Assembly: GCF_964194155.1 (NCBI RefSeq)
Contig: NC_135916.1
Coordinates: 1,054,001 to 1,118,000, forward strand
DNA length: 64,000 nucleotides
Reading direction: 5' to 3'
Source: Cetorhinus maximus
Lineage: Eukaryota
A program made the position numbers and the translations under genes. Under the pieces are notes generated by a model that was not told the DNA's origin, made no database searches, and saw only the letters and a list, made by a program, of their open reading frames with translations. The stretch's first letter is position 1, and every line of letters begins with the position of its first letter. Below are positions 38,922 to 53,857 of the stretch, one piece after another.

Positions 38922-40029
38922 TGTAACAATCTCACAAGCACTTTCACAGAGAATGCTGATATCCGCCTTCTTTCAGTTCTCTTATACCCTCAGGAGGAAT
39001 GGTGGTGCGCTCAGAGCTGATTGGGCAATTATATTATAGCTCATAATATTCTTCATGTTACCAGTCAGATTTCTGCCTGACTCACCAATGCGGGCAAGCA
39101 ACGTATGAAGTCGGAAGTTAAGGGCGCCAAATCATCAGTTAAACAAACGATTATATATTTCAAAATGAATAAGAGCGCCAAAAATTTAATCGATGGAAAT
39201 ATCGCACAGAAATCGTCTTAGCTAAACAAAGGACAATTCCTTTACAAATTGTTCTAATGCTTAACATTAAAGCAGTTCTCTTACAGAATGTTAGAAGGTT
39301 TCTCGCTCTCGTTTCCTCGTCTACAGTTTACCCGTAACTATCAGTTTCTGGTTTTACCTGTGGACAAGAGGACAATAAAGGATCCAATTTTCCAGAATCC
39401 AAACTTTTGTTTTTTTCATGTTCGTGAGTGTCAAAAGCGGAGTGCACATTTTTTGGCTTAAATCTGCCAGTATTGAAACTGAGGCTTCCTACACCGCCAG
39501 GGCTGATACGGAATGAATTGATCAAATCAACTTTTATAATGCTGGGGAGGGATAGCATCTTTGAGGGTTCAAAGATAGACTCTGCTTGATTACATTTATA
39601 CAACAAGGCAGGGTCTACCCTGAAGCAGCAAACATACATTGTATTCCAATCCAACAATACAAATGAAAATCCTCTGCAGGCTATGTGATTCTGGGATTAA
39701 GCCTAATCATCATTATTTGTTACTTAAATGTAGTTTTCGCTCCCTGAAGCTTTTCTTCCGAAATTGACATCAACGATAGATGTTTTTGTTTTTGTCTCTG
39801 TAACATTCAGTTTTAAGTCAGTTTGGATTTTATCTGGTGCATGTCAATCCCTGGAGAAAATTTTATATTTCATTCGACATATATTGCTGCCACCATAAGA
39901 TTATGCTTCTATTCTCATTTTAATCCCCACATTATCTGTTAAACCCTGCTATGGGTGCATGGAATATCTGTCTGTTCATGATAAATAAATGGGAACTTTA
40001 ATCTGAAATGTATAATTTTCTAAAAAAAT

Positions 40030-41010
40030 AAAGCAGCGTAAAAAACAGGGAATTACAGACTGATTAGCCTACCATCAGTGGTAGACTTAATACCAGAGTC
40101 CACTCTGTGATAATAAGAGACTTTGAAAATGTCAAATGGATTGGACAAAGATAGCATGCGTTTATGAAAGGGAAATCATGTTTGACAAACCTATTGTAGC
40201 TTTTTTGGGAATTAAATTGCAAAGTAGATAAGGGAAAACCAGATGATGTGGTCTATTTAGATTTTCAGAAAGCTTTTGTTAAATGCCCACTTAACTGGTT
40301 TGTGTACCAAATTGAAGTGCATGGGATGGGGGTTTGGATTGGCATGTACAGTGAAAGGATTAGTAAACAGGAAAAAGAGAGCAGGAATAAATCAGTCTTT
40401 TTGAGAATGGCAGAAGTTGACAAGTGGTGTGCCACAGGGATCAGTGCTTGGGTCCCAGTATTCAGAATAGACAAGAATGATTGTGATGAAGGAAGCAAAG
40501 ATAATATTTCCAAGGTTGCTGATGACACAAATCTAGGAGGGAATGTGAGAGATGAGGAGGAAGTTAAAATTGCCCAAGGAGATTTAGATAACTTGAGTGA
40601 GTGGGAAAAAAACATGGCAGATGGAGTATAAAGTGGCTAGATGTGAATCCATCCACTTTGGTACGAAAAACAGAATGGCAGAGTATTATTTAAATAGTGA
40701 TAGGTTGGGAAATGTTGATTTACGAAGAGACCTGCGTGCAGCACATGATCACCAGGCTGATTCATGGGCTGGCAGGATTGTCACATGAGGAGAGAATGGG
40801 CCGATTCGGACTGTATACACTCAGTGATTGTAGAATGAGAGGGCAAGTATTTGAAATACATGAAATAGTGACAGCGCTGGTCAGGCTGGGTGCAGGGATG
40901 ATGTTTCCTCTGGCTGAAAGGCCTAGCACATGTGTTCAATCTCAGGATACGTTGTAGTCCATTTCGGGCTGTGTTGAGGACAAAGTTGTTGACTCATAGG
41001 GTGGTGAACA
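40030..41010 (+). mobile_element. Old degenerate CR1 RT fragment
   Basis: VYLDFQKAF, SKVADDTNLGG, WQMEY. Confidence 0.85.
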
Positions 41011-44000
41011 TGTGATTGAGTTGCATTCATTTTGTAACCTCCAGTATCTTGTATGTGAACGTATATATAATTCCCTCCATGTATCCGTGATGTTTGCAAG
41101 AGTGGAACTAACTCTATTTTTAATATTTTAATGTGCTATCTCCAAAAGTGAGATTTCGTTCGAATCACTCAAAATCTGGAACCAAATGTGAAGTTCCAAT
41201 TGATATTCATATAGTCAACTGCTACAAGTATGTTTTCCTTGTGTGTCGATTGGTGACATATTGCCTGACTGTAGATTTGGCCCTGTAACATTCGGATTTT
41301 CCTCATTGTTATGTTTTTAGTGTATGTTTGTGGTTTTATCCCTGTATTTCATTCACTGGTACTTTGCATCAGATGGGGATAATTCATTGCTTCTCAGCGT
41401 CTTGTATAATCTGTGAGTTTGGCCATGGTTCTATAATTGTCAGTCTCTCAAACTGAATGTGAGTGTGTAATAATTCAGTCTTTAAGAGCAACGAGCTGAC
41501 AATGAGTGTGTGATTCATTCCACTGAACTGTGCATCTGGTTTGTATGGGTATGTTCCACTCTCTGCATATCTCTCATTGTCCTTTACAGTGCATGATTTG
41601 GGGATTAAATTGAACATGACAGTTTCCAATAGACGATGTGATTGTGGGGTTATTTCTGTATTTTTATGGTTTCAGCTATTCTATTTGAATGAGATCTTTT
41701 CTGCCTCATTCAGATTCAGGTAGTGTAGTGAGTGTGGGATTTATTATAAAGCTTTCACACTTGGAAATTTGGGTGATTAACATCTGCATCATGGATTTTT
41801 GCTCCCCAGGCACAGTGTATGTGGGGATAATTATGTAGTTGCCGTTCTCTGGTATGCTTTGAATTTATTTTTGTTCTTATAGCTGTATTTGATCTGTGTT
41901 TGAATGTGTGAGTAATTTTGCACCTGAGAATTCTGCCCATCTAAGTATATACAACTTCTCTCTCCCCCCGCCCACCCACCTTAAACCAGCTTATATTTCA
42001 CCTTTCTCCTAACTATGCTTCAGTTCTGCCGAAGGGTCGTTAAGACTCGAAACGTTAACTGATTTCTTCTCCACCGATGCTGCCAGACCTGCTGAGTTTT
42101 TCCAGGTAATTCTGTTTTTGTTTTGGATTTCCAGCATCCGCAGTAGCTTTTAGCTTTTTGTTTTTAAGTAGGTATATTATTCAATCTGTATCTGTTTTTC
42201 TCCACTGTTGCAGGTAAGTGTGAGATAAGACTATATCTGGACTTTTAATGAAACGTGTTGGAATATATTTTTATGAAACCCTCAACACAGCAGTATTTGT
42301 TAACCTTTGGTTTAACCTATAACATTGGCTTCATGTGTTTTGTAGTCACAGGTTATATTCAATAGTTGCCTGGGATTTGTGGAATCACATTTGATTGTTA
42401 GCTCTGTGAAAACAATTGTGAATATTTAATCAGATACACAGCCTCATATGTAATTTGTTCATTTTGTATAAAGGGATTGCTGTTGAATCTTTACTGATGC
42501 TGCCATTTTTGGTGTGAAATATATAGATATGTCTAAATTCTAAGGGACAGTGCTGCAATTTATTCTGTCCCTTCCAATCAGTTATTTCTTGTCTAATGAG
42601 GCTCAGAATAATTAATTAATTTCTGACCAACGCAACACAATATAATTAAATCTGATATTTGGTGTGTTTTCTGTGAACATTTTGATTGATGTATGCTCCT
42701 CTCATCTAGGTTACTGGAAATAAAAACAAACAACAACAATAAAATCAGACTCTCCTGCTCAGTTTGTATCTTGCATTGAAAAGTTGTCACTTCCCTTTGA
42801 AACAGTGTGGGAATGAACAATTAATTGGTTGTGACTGTGGACATAATGACCTGGAAGTTTCTCTGCTCTCAGTGAATGGTCCTGTACCTAGCTAGTGTTG
42901 CAGCTAGCTCACTTTTTAACCTTGTTCATTTTGTGACTTTTGAAGTTGTCACTATTATCTACCTTTGTCACTAACATCATCATGCAGCAGGAATACCCAT
43001 AGCACAGCTTGTGAGCTAAGATTTGTTTGTCTCTTTTCATGTTGTACCTTTCAACCATTATTCATTCCTGATATTTCGACTGCAGATTGATTTATTAATT
43101 TGGAGGCCTGTACTATTATTTCAGTAATTTTTCCATGTAGAAATATGAAGGTGAGTTTCACTTTTGGAACACATGGATGAAAATAGTATTTTGCCATTTT
43201 TATTTGAACAGTGATATCCTTCTTTGCTGGACCACTCCTCTGATTGCATTGACAATCACTGGGATGCATTTAAGTATTTTATTCTGTATCTATTGTTTTC
43301 TGAGATGAAAAGGTGAAAGCTTTGTAACTGTCAATCTTTAAGCCTCATAACAATGCACATGTCGAATTTTGTTTTGTCTGATTTTTCTCATAAATATTTA
43401 AATGCCAGGTTTGTTGTCATCTAAGGCTGTGTTTCTGTCTCCATCTGCCAGTTTTTTTTATGAGTGTGAGTTTTAAACTGTCGGGTGTGCTTTCACATAT
43501 GTGAGTATGATTTCCGTTTCTTAATCTGCTGCTGTATTTATCAGTTTCTGGGATTCTTAATGTGACTGTGACTCAGTAACTTTCAGGTTCTGGTAAGTGA
43601 TTGCTGGTGTTAGAATGTCCATGTGAATGTCTTGTTGTTTTACTTTCTAGCACTTCCTTACTTGCTATTGAGCTTTTTTCCCTCAGTCTCTCCATTAGTT
43701 TGTGGCATGTGAATGTGAGTGCTATTCTGTATCTGTCAATAACTGCATTGTGAGCGTGAGTCATAATTGCAATTGCCAGTTTTAGGTATGTGTCTGGAAT
43801 GCAAATGTGAATTTTACACTGCAGTTCTCACTTTTGAATGTCTGAATGTATGTTTGAGATTACTTCACTGACTTTGACAATGTAACTATGATTATTCTCA
43901 GTACATTTTCTATGAGTATAGCCTACATTCTTTATCTATTAGTGTCTTATCAGCAAATGTAAGACTTATTCAAAATCTGTCAGTATTATAGTATTGTCAT

Positions 44001-46998
44001 TGTGCGATTGATGATGTGGCTGTGCATGCCTGCTTTTATCTGTGTTTGGGTCTGTGTGAGAGACAGAGAGAGAGAGCATGTCTGAAGATGTGTGTGTGTG
44101 TGTGTGTGTGTTCATGGTGTTTTTTTTGTGTTTTCGTTCCTTCTGTCTCTCTAATGTGTTTATGGACTTATCTTTTTATTTGTCATTGTTCAATATAGAA
44201 ATGTGCATGTTGATTGGTACTCATAATTATCTGGCATGATGGCATGGATTCATTCTGTACATGTCCAATTCTTCCCTTTTCAATTTTGATAGTCTTGGCT
44301 GTAAGCAGTAACTGTTAGGTTTGGTGTATGTAAGTTTGCATTTTATCAGTAGTTGACCTTTTCAGATATGAGACTGCGGTATTCAATCTACCCGCTCATT
44401 TCCAGTTTGTGTTGTGAGCATGTCTTTTACTTTGTTAAAGTGAACATGTAGTTTCTGAGACTCTGCATTTACAGTGAATCTGTTGTATGAATGCCGATTT
44501 TAGTCTGTACCAATTTGATTCAGTTTCTTGTTTTATTTTCGGTGCTCAAATCTCTGTTTTACAAGTGATATATTCCATTCTGCTTGTGTCAATTTTTGAT
44601 GAACTGAACAATAGTTTTTGTGAGATTCTGTTGATATTTTGTGTCTGAATATGGGATTTCCTTTGTACATGTCAGATTTTAGCATGAAGGAATGTTTATC
44701 AACTGCAACTAAGCAAAGCCAAAATATTCTCGGCTGGATGTTGGAAACCTCAAAAAAAGGGAAGAAAATTGCTGAGAATACTGAGCAGGATTGTCAACAT
44801 CTGTGGAGAAAAAGCTGAACTGCCCGTTATCTGAAATTCCTGATGTGATGGAAGGTCATTTGCCTGTAATGTTCACCCTCAATCTTTCTAAACAGTTGTT
44901 GCCGTCCCTGCTGAATATTTCCAGCATTGTCGGTGTTTTTTCCTCCCCCTGTCTGTGTTAATTCCCAGCTGGTAAATATCACTCTGCACCTGACAGAGTC
45001 TGATACTTACATTTCACTTTTATTCTGACAGAATCTCCAAGTGCATTTTCCTCTCTGACTCTCATTTATGTGTGTGTCTGAATCATTGTCGATTTTACGG
45101 TGAGCCTGTTAGCCGACAATATTTATGAATGATGGCCACCTTTCAGTTTTCCATTTAGTATGAAAGCATGAACCTATTTTCCATGTCCCTCTCGTTTTAT
45201 GGAATGGACTGATTTGTTTTGATCAGCGACTTAAAGTTTTTAATGCATGTTCATGTGTGTTTTTACAGTAGCCATCAAGATCAGCGATGTGTGTAGCCAT
45301 GCTTCTCCTATTTTGAAAAGGCTTATAGAAAATTTGATTTTATTCTGCATCTCTATGTCCCTGGAATGTGTCTGTGGTTTTACAATGTAATTGTCTGTCT
45401 CTGTTATGGGAATGCAGGATAGTTCCGTGTCGGTCAGACTCTCCTCTGAGAGTGGTGTTATGTTATTCTCTGTACTTGTCAATATCTGCTTTGTGAGTTA
45501 AGTTTTAACCATTTTTTGTTTGTAGTGATCTGTCGAAGTGAGTGTTTGTGACAATATTCCTCTGGCATGTCTATGCACGCCTCCATTAACAAAAATATAC
45601 TCTATCTTGATTTCTGATATTGAATAAGATTTTTGGAATGGAATTTAACTTGTTGCTTTGCGAGAACTTTGCATGTATTCATGAATAATTCTGCAAACAT
45701 TAATTGTCTGATATTTAAGTTGTAGCTAATGATCTACTCTTGTGACATGAATGGACTGCCCTTCAATCTGATAATGTTTGCGATTTTGGACTGAAATTGG
45801 TGCTGTTGTGCTTTCTTCTAAGAATCGAATACAGTGACAAAGATACAAGTTTAGGATTGTTTATTAAAGGGAACAACAGGGAGGGTCTGCTCCCTTTGAA
45901 TGCCTAAAACAGAACTCTACTGATTACAGGATAACAATCTTTTTTAAACACTAAACCGTTCACGTACACATTACACTATTCTAATTCCAATCTTGGCAGT
46001 ACATAATCACATGACAATCAGATGCCGCCAGTCCGCGGAACATACATTTACTTTCCCAAGCAGGGCCTCTTCATCTCGTTCTAGCCTGGCTCTATCCCTG
46101 ATACTCTTTGTCATTACACTGATGTGTTTATCTTCATCCCTCTTCTATCTCCTAACCAGTTAATCCCTTATGATCCCAAAGGTCTCCCTAGAGAGAGCTG
46201 CTGATACCAGCCCTTATGGTGTACAAGTTTTCACTGGAGAATTTTGCTGACCTTTGGTTTCACTAAAAACATAGAAATCGCTGCTTACCTCTTACAGTGG
46301 GTCTACCATTCAGCAGTACCGAGTAGCAGTGTTTTGTGGGGAATATAATTCAGTCTCCCCTGTGTGTTAGCCTACTGGATTGATCATGTGTATCAGGGTT
46401 TGAGTTCAATTCGAGTCTGACTATTTCTGCTCTGGGTGATGGTCACAGTGATGTTCTGTCTGTATCTGTGCACTCTTGGAGTAGGATCGTACCTGCTGCC
46501 AGTTAGAAGGAGATAGCTGCACCTCTGTGTTGGCTGGTGGAACTTGAGATTGAAACTGACCCCTTCATTAACCTGCCAGAGAGGAAGAAAGATATCTCCA
46601 GTAAGGCAAAATCAGCTGAGGTCAGTAAAAGGCAATAGATCAATGTAATATTTCAACTGATAATCAATTTCAAAAATACTGTACATATCATGGCGGACAA
46701 CGAAAAAACTACAGTGTCTGATTCCACTTCTAACTATTGAGTGAGATTCAGAAACAACCCGCATCTGCACTGCTCCAAGTGTGTCACTACGCGGGCCCAG
46801 AGATATTGGTACAGGACAGATTTCAATTTCCAGCTCCCTTTGTAAGAACCGCCAACTCAATCTAACTGTGGAAGGTACAATGTTTCTTTGAGACGCCTCA
46901 GCTGAACAGCTGGTGCCTGCAACACGTGTCGTTAACATTACTGCTCCACTCCTTACGCTCCGTCTGTTTCCACGATTCACTGTCCAAAAGCCAACACG

Positions 46999-47460
46999 TT
47001 GTGTGAATCAGCAGCTAAACTTGGAATATGCATTACAGGATTGAGGGGGGATATCCCAATAGTTTTCAATTGCAGCTTGCTCAGGTTCTGTCTCCCTCAG
47101 CAGGGCCACACACAGCCCCAGAAAGGCCTCTCCCCGACCACCAGCTCACTCCAAGTTCCGGAACACGTTCCCGCTCCGCTCCGCCTCTTACAAACAGCCC
47201 CCCGGTTCCCCCTGAACTTACCCCGAGTCAATGATGATTTCTGTGTCCACACTGACAAACCGGTGCCCTGCTGGAATCAGAACGCTGTTTACTCGCTTAC
47301 CCGGGCCCCAGTATTTCCATTTCCGTCTGTTTGAAACAAAGGTCTTCCGCTCGCTGAGTGAAAGGACGTCAAGGGCAGTGGTTGGTGGGAAGGGAAGCGC
47401 GCATGCGCCCGACTAGTCACCGAGAAATTCCAAAACGCAGGGCTGCAATGCGCATGTGCT
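46999..47460 (-). promoter_or_regulatory. Third copy of conserved NRF1 promoter/first-exon-like element
   Basis: Matches 5999-6460 (offset 41000). Confidence 0.55.
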
Positions 47461-48319
47461 GTTGGAAACTAACTAAGAACAAAACCAGGTCATCTGGTCC
47501 TTCCCCATGTCAATTTCCTCAGCCTTGAGCATAGGAATTGGAATGTGGGGAACGGGCAGAGACGTTACGAGCAGGAGGGCCATCCCTGTATTAAATCCAA
47601 ACTGGGCGTCTTTGCTGTTCATTCGACGGTCTCCGCAAATTAATCCACATGTCGAATAGGTCTGTTTGCTGTTATAGCTCAGAACTTAATATCAGATCGT
47701 AAAAGTCTCAGGTTAATATAATCAGATTGAAAATGTCAGTCACTGACTGTCGTATTCAACAATTTTAGTCGAAGATTTCCCGAGAGTTCCAGAGTTTATA
47801 GAATGTTATATTTCATTATTATTGCCTCAACACCACTCAGTTTCCTGGACTGTGGGACAGAAATGTATCTGCCTCTCCTCCAATGTTAATGAGAGATGAG
47901 GCCTGGTATTTCGCACCGCTGGGGGATCTATAAGCCTTATCGATCAGCTTCAGAATATTCAGTGTTTCAAAAAGAAAACCTCTCAATCTTCTAAACTCCA
48001 ATGACGATTATTCCAACTTGATCATGATTTCCTCACCAGTCAACAACTGGAAGCTGCTCATGAACATTCCCTGAACTGTATCAAGGGATCGATATTATTC
48101 AGTTGTCCCCCATCCCTCTACTGCTGTTGATGTGCATGTTACTAATGTTACTGATAAGATTATATAAACTGATACTCACACTCCTCCCATGTGAGGTGAG
48201 GGACTGTCACTGTTCATTCTCCTCTCAGAAATTCAAGTATGACATTTCATTAGATTATCTCCAGTCAAACATCGAATTCTGCTCTGAAAAACTCTGTCAC
48301 TGTCAGGAACGTGACGATG

Positions 48320-51300
48320 GGAGAAGTCATCGCAGCCACCGCGACTCAGGAGGGAATCGAGGAGGACCCACTGTCAAAGAATGGAATAGCCCCAAGCATT
48401 ACATTGCTGTAGTGTTTCCATCCCTCCCTCATCCTCAAACCTAAAAAACAGAGAGAGGGGAAGAGGCAGTGTCTCCAGGAGTGCACCAAATCTGCGAGGG
48501 ATACTCTTCTGAAAGTGGAATTTAAAGAAAAAGCAGCTGATTGCTGAGTAAATCCTGGGAGCAGACTCGGAGGGAGGAGAACCGAAGCGGTGAGTGTAAA
48601 CCTAGCTTACCTTGAGGATTCGCAGTCTTGTCTCTAGGGAGCAGACTCGGAGGGAGGAGCAGCAGAGTGGTGACCTCGGGGCACAGAGTAACTGAAGCCA
48701 AAACTGAAAAAGTGACGTCACATGAAAGCTGTGACCTGATTGGTTGGTAGGAAATCTGCACCAAATTTGAAAAAAAAAACACGGCAAAGCTAATTAATAA
48801 ATTAATTGTCTAAGTACAGATGGCTGGGCAGGTGATGTGCTGTAGCTGTATGATGTGGGAGCTGGCAGATCCCAATGCGAGCCACAGTGACCACATCTGC
48901 AGCAAGTGTTGTTGCTGGAGGAATTCCGGCTCAGAATTGATGAGCTGGAGTCCGAGTTCTGGACACTGCGGCACCTTCGGGAGGGGGACAGTTACCTGGA
49001 CGCTTTGTATGAGGAGGCGGTCTTACCTGGTAGATTAAGTACCTCAAATCCGGTCAGTGGTCAGGGTCAGCAGGGTGTGACTGCAATTGAGGCAGGTAGA
49101 GGGATCCTGTGTTCAGTAAGTGAGGACCCTCAGCTCTTGACCTTGTCCAACAGGTACAACGTACTTGCTCCCTGTATGGATGGGGAACAGGGCTGTAGGG
49201 AGGATGAGCCAGCTGACCACGGCACCGTGGCACAGGAGGCCCTTCAAGAGGGGGGAGCACAGAGACAAGTGGTAGTTGTAGGGGATTCTATAATTAGGGG
49301 AATTGATAGATTCCTTTGTAAGCAGGATCGAGGGTCCCGCATTGTATGTTGCCTGCCCTGTGCCAGGATGAAGGACATCTCTGACCGGATTGAAAGGATA
49401 TTGGAGAGGGAGTGGGAGGATCCAGTTGTTGTGGTCCACGTCGTGACAAATAACATAGTTCAGACTAGGAAACAGGACCTGTTTGGGGATTATCAGGAAC
49501 TAGGAACTAAATTAAAGAACAGGTCCTCAAGGGTTATAATCTCTGGATTACTACCCGAGCAACGTGCAATTTGGCATAGGGACACAAGAATAAGGGAAGT
49601 AAACACGTGGCTAAAGGAGTGGTGCGGGAAAGAGGGGTTCCATTTCGTGGGGCACTGGCATCAGTATTGGAACAGGAGGGATCTGTACCATTGGGACGGT
49701 CTCCACCTGAACCGATCTGGGACCAATGTTCTAGCGAAAAGCGTAAGTAGAGTATTCACCAGGACTTTAAACTAGAAAGTGGGGGGGGGGAGGGAAGGGT
49801 AAAACTGCAAGAAATATGACTAATGGGAAACAGAGCAGCAGGTTAGCGTGTGGGGTGGTGGATACAACTTCATGGAAAATTATGAAAAAACTGAAAAGAA
49901 AGGAGAGCCCAGGAGAGGCTATTAAAGTCTCCAGAACACAAAATAGGACAGAGTGTTTGGAAAGGGCTAGGAATCTAACTTCAAGCACATCAGATAAAGG
50001 GACGACAATGAGAAAGGGGACGGGAAATACAGGACTGAAGGTGTTGTATCTGAATGCACACAGTATACGAAATAAGGTAAATGAGCTTGTGGCGCAGATT
50101 GAAATTGGCAGGTATGATCTGGTGGGCATTACGGAGACATGGCTGCAAGGGGATCAGGGCTGGGAGCTAAATATCCAAAGATATACAACCTATCGAAAAG
50201 ATAGGCAGATTGGCAGAGGAGGTGGGGTTGCTTTGTTAGTAAGAAATGAAATTAAATCGATAGCAAGAAATGATGTAGGGTCAGAGGATGTAGAATCTGT
50301 GTGGTTAGAGTTGAGGAACCACAAAGGTAAAAAAAAACATAATGGGATTTATGTACAGGCCTCCGAACAGTAGTCAGGATGTGGGCCACAAGATACACCA
50401 GGAGATAGAAAAGGCGTGTAAGAAAGGCAAGTTTACAGTGATCATGGAGGATTTCAATATGCAGGTAGAATGGGAAAATCAGCTTGGTAGTGGATCCCAA
50501 GAAAAGGAATTTGTGGAATGTCTACACGATGGCTTTTTGGAGCAGCTTGTGGTGGAGCCCACTAGGGAACAGGCAATTCTAGATTTAGTGATGTGTAATG
50601 AGGCAGCTAAGGGAACTAAAGGTGAAGGAACCCTTAGGAGGAAGTGACCATATTATGATAGAATTTACCCTGCAATTTGAGAGGAAAAAGCTGGAATCAG
50701 ATGTAACGGTATTACAGTTGAATAAAGGCAACTACAGAGGCATGAGGGAGGAGCTGGCCAGAATTGACTGGGAGATAAGCCTAGCAGGAAAGACAGTGGA
50801 ACATCAATGGTAGGAGTTTCTGGGAGTAATTTGGGAGAAAAAGCAAAAATTCATCCCTAGGAAGAAGAAGCATACTAAAGGGAGGACGAGGAAACCATGG
50901 CTGACAAGGGAAGTCCGGGACAGCATAAAAGCTGAAGAGAAAGCATACAATGCGACGAAGAGCAGTGGGAAACCAGGGGATTGGGAAGCCTACAAAGACC
51001 AACAGAGGACAACTAAAAAAGAAATAAGGAGGGAGAAGATTAAATATGAGGGTAAACAAACAGTAATATAAAAGAAGATTGCAAAAATTTTTTTTACATA
51101 TATAAAGGGCAAGAGAGAGGCAAAAGTGGATATTGGGCCGCTGGAAAATGACGCTGGAGAAGGATTAGTGGGGAACAAAGAAATGGCGGAGGAACTGAAT
51201 AGGTACTTTGCGACAGTCTTCACAGTGGAAGACACGAGTGACATGCCCAAAGTTCAAGAGAGTCGGGGGACAGAGGTGAGTATGGTGGCAATTAACAATA

Positions 51301-52911
51301 AGAAGGGGCTAGGAAAACTGAAAGGTCTGAAGGTGGATAAATGACCTGGACCAGATGGATTACACCCCAGAGTTCTGAAGGAGATAGCTGAAGAGATAGT
51401 GGAGGCGTTAGTGGTGATCTTTCAGGAATCACTGGACTCAGGGATGTTCCCAGAGGACTGGAAAATCGCTAATGTAACCCCCTTGTTTAAGAAGGGAGTG
51501 AGGCAAAAGTCGGGAAATTACAGGTTTAATAGCCTGACTTCGGTCATTGGTAAGATTTTAGAGTCCATTATTAAGGATGAGATTTCAGAATACTTGGAAG
51601 TGCATGGTAAAATCGGGCAAAGTCAGCATGGTTTCATCCAAGGGAGGTCATGCCTGACAAATCTGTTAGAATACTTTGAGGAGGTAACGAGTAGGTTAGA
51701 CAAAGGAGAGCCAATGGATGTTATGTATTTGGACTTCCAGAAGGCCTTTGACAAGGTGCCACACAGGATGCTGATCAGTAAGATAAGAGCCCATGGTGTT
51801 AGAGGCAAGGTACTAGCATGGATAGAAGATTGGCTGTCTGGCAGAAGGCAGAGAATGGGCATAGGGGGGTCCACCCCAGGATGGCGGCCGGTGAGTAGTG
51901 GAGTTTTGGAGGGGTCAGTGTTGGGACCACAACTTATCACTTTATATATTAATGATCTAGTTGAAGGAACTGAGGGCATCCTGGCTAAGTTTGCAGATGA
52001 TATAAAGATAGGTGGAGGGACAGGTAGTATTGAGGAGGCGGGGAGGCTGCAGAAGGATTTGGACAGGTTTGGAGAATGGGCAAAGAAGTGACAGATGGAA
52101 TACAACGTGGGGAAGTGTGAGGTCATGCATTTTGGTAGGAAGAATAGAGGCATAGACTATTTTCTAAATGGGGAGAGAATTCAGAAATCTGGAGTGCAAA
52201 GGGACTTGGGAGTGCTAGTCCAGGATTCCCTTAAGGTTAACTGCAGGTTGAGTCATTAGTTAGGAAGGCAAATGCAATGTTGGCATTTACTTCGAGAGGA
52301 CTAGAATATAAAAGCAGGGATGTGGTGCTGAGGGTTTCTAAGGCTCTGGTCAGACCACATTAGAATATTGTAAGCAATTTTGGGCCCCGTATCTCAGGAA
52401 GGATGTGCTGGCCCTGGAGAGGGTCCAGAGGAGGTTCATGAGAATGATCCCAGGAATGAAAAGCTTAACATATGAGGAACATTTGAGGACTCTGGGTCAA
52501 TACTCGATGGAGTTTAGAAGGATGAGGGGGGATCTGATTGAAACTTACAGAATACTGAAAGGCCTGGATAGAATTGACGTGGGGAAGATGTTTCCATTAG
52601 TAGGAGAGACTAGGACCCAAGGGCACAGCCTCAGAGTAAAGGGCAGACCTTTTAGAACAGAAATGATGAAAAACTTCTTTAGCCAGAGAGTGGTGAATCT
52701 ATGGAAATCAATGCCACAGAAGGCTGTGGAGGCCAGGTCACTGAGTGCATTTAAGACCGAGATAGATAGGTTCTTCATTGGTATGGGAATCAAAAGTTAC
52801 GGGGAGAAGGTGGGAGTATGGGGTTGAGAAACTTATCAGCCATGATTTAATGCGGGGCAGACTCGATGGGCCGAATGGCCTAATTTCTGCTACTATGTCT
52901 TATGGTCTTAT
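48320..52911 (+). mobile_element. CR1-clade LINE, full-length copy with stops and frameshifts
   Basis: Duplicate of the 7320 element retaining the RT core (YLDFQKAFDKVPH, GSVLGP, FADD). Confidence 0.94.
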
Positions 52912-53857
52912 GATGCGCGAAAGTGCCTCCATACATAACTGGACTTCTCTGGGTGTTGAGATTGGGATAAAAGGCAATTGGTGAAATTGTGACATCTCAG
53001 TTCAGGAGGAGCAACGTTAAAAGGGAAATCTAGAGCGACTGGGAGCAGATAATTTGTATTGTCACCAGAAATAAACATCTTGATGTGAGCTATTCAGACA
53101 ATTACTTGAAATCATATATGTTTGGCACTACCGCGGAATCTGCGAATCAGACTCTCTGCGGGTCCAATGCCTCAGAGTGTTTAATGTTAGCTGAATTCAC
53201 AATCGACAGCAAATAAATAGAAACCGGAGCAAGGATCGAAAAGAGAAGGAAATCTCTACCGAGACATTCACAATTGTTCATCTTGTTGCCAATGAACCTT
53301 TAAATGTGAACATTGTGTAAGAGAGTGTTTGAAGTGGGCGGGCGAGTCAGAGGATTGAAACTGTGTTTGTGTGACCGTTCTGATCAGGACATTTCCGAGT
53401 CCCGCTTAGGTAAAATAAAAATAATTTCCAAAGAAATACACCCCCTGCTCCCCAGCTTGACGCCAAAGTGAGATTTCAAGACAATTTCTTTGTTGTTTTC
53501 TAGATTTCAGACTAAAAGTAGAGGACATGTCATCGATCGGGTGAAGGAGCCGCAGTTAATCGGGTTTAAATCGAAATTGGAGTCTTCAATTCGAGTGAAA
53601 TATTTTCGACAGCGAACATTACAGTGTCAGAGATGAGAAGGATTCAGTCTGGGACACTGCAGAGCCGGAATTTCCATGGAATTGGGAAGTTTGTGAGGAG
53701 AGAAAAACACAGAGAGGCAGCAGCAGCCTGGAGCTGACAGCAGCCTGTCTCCGCCCCGTCCGCTCGCTGCCTTTAAGTAGCTCAGTGCCGCCACCAGCGG
53801 CTTCATTTCTGAGCCCGTTCAGATTGACAGAGACACTTTTGTGCAGAGTCCCGGAAC

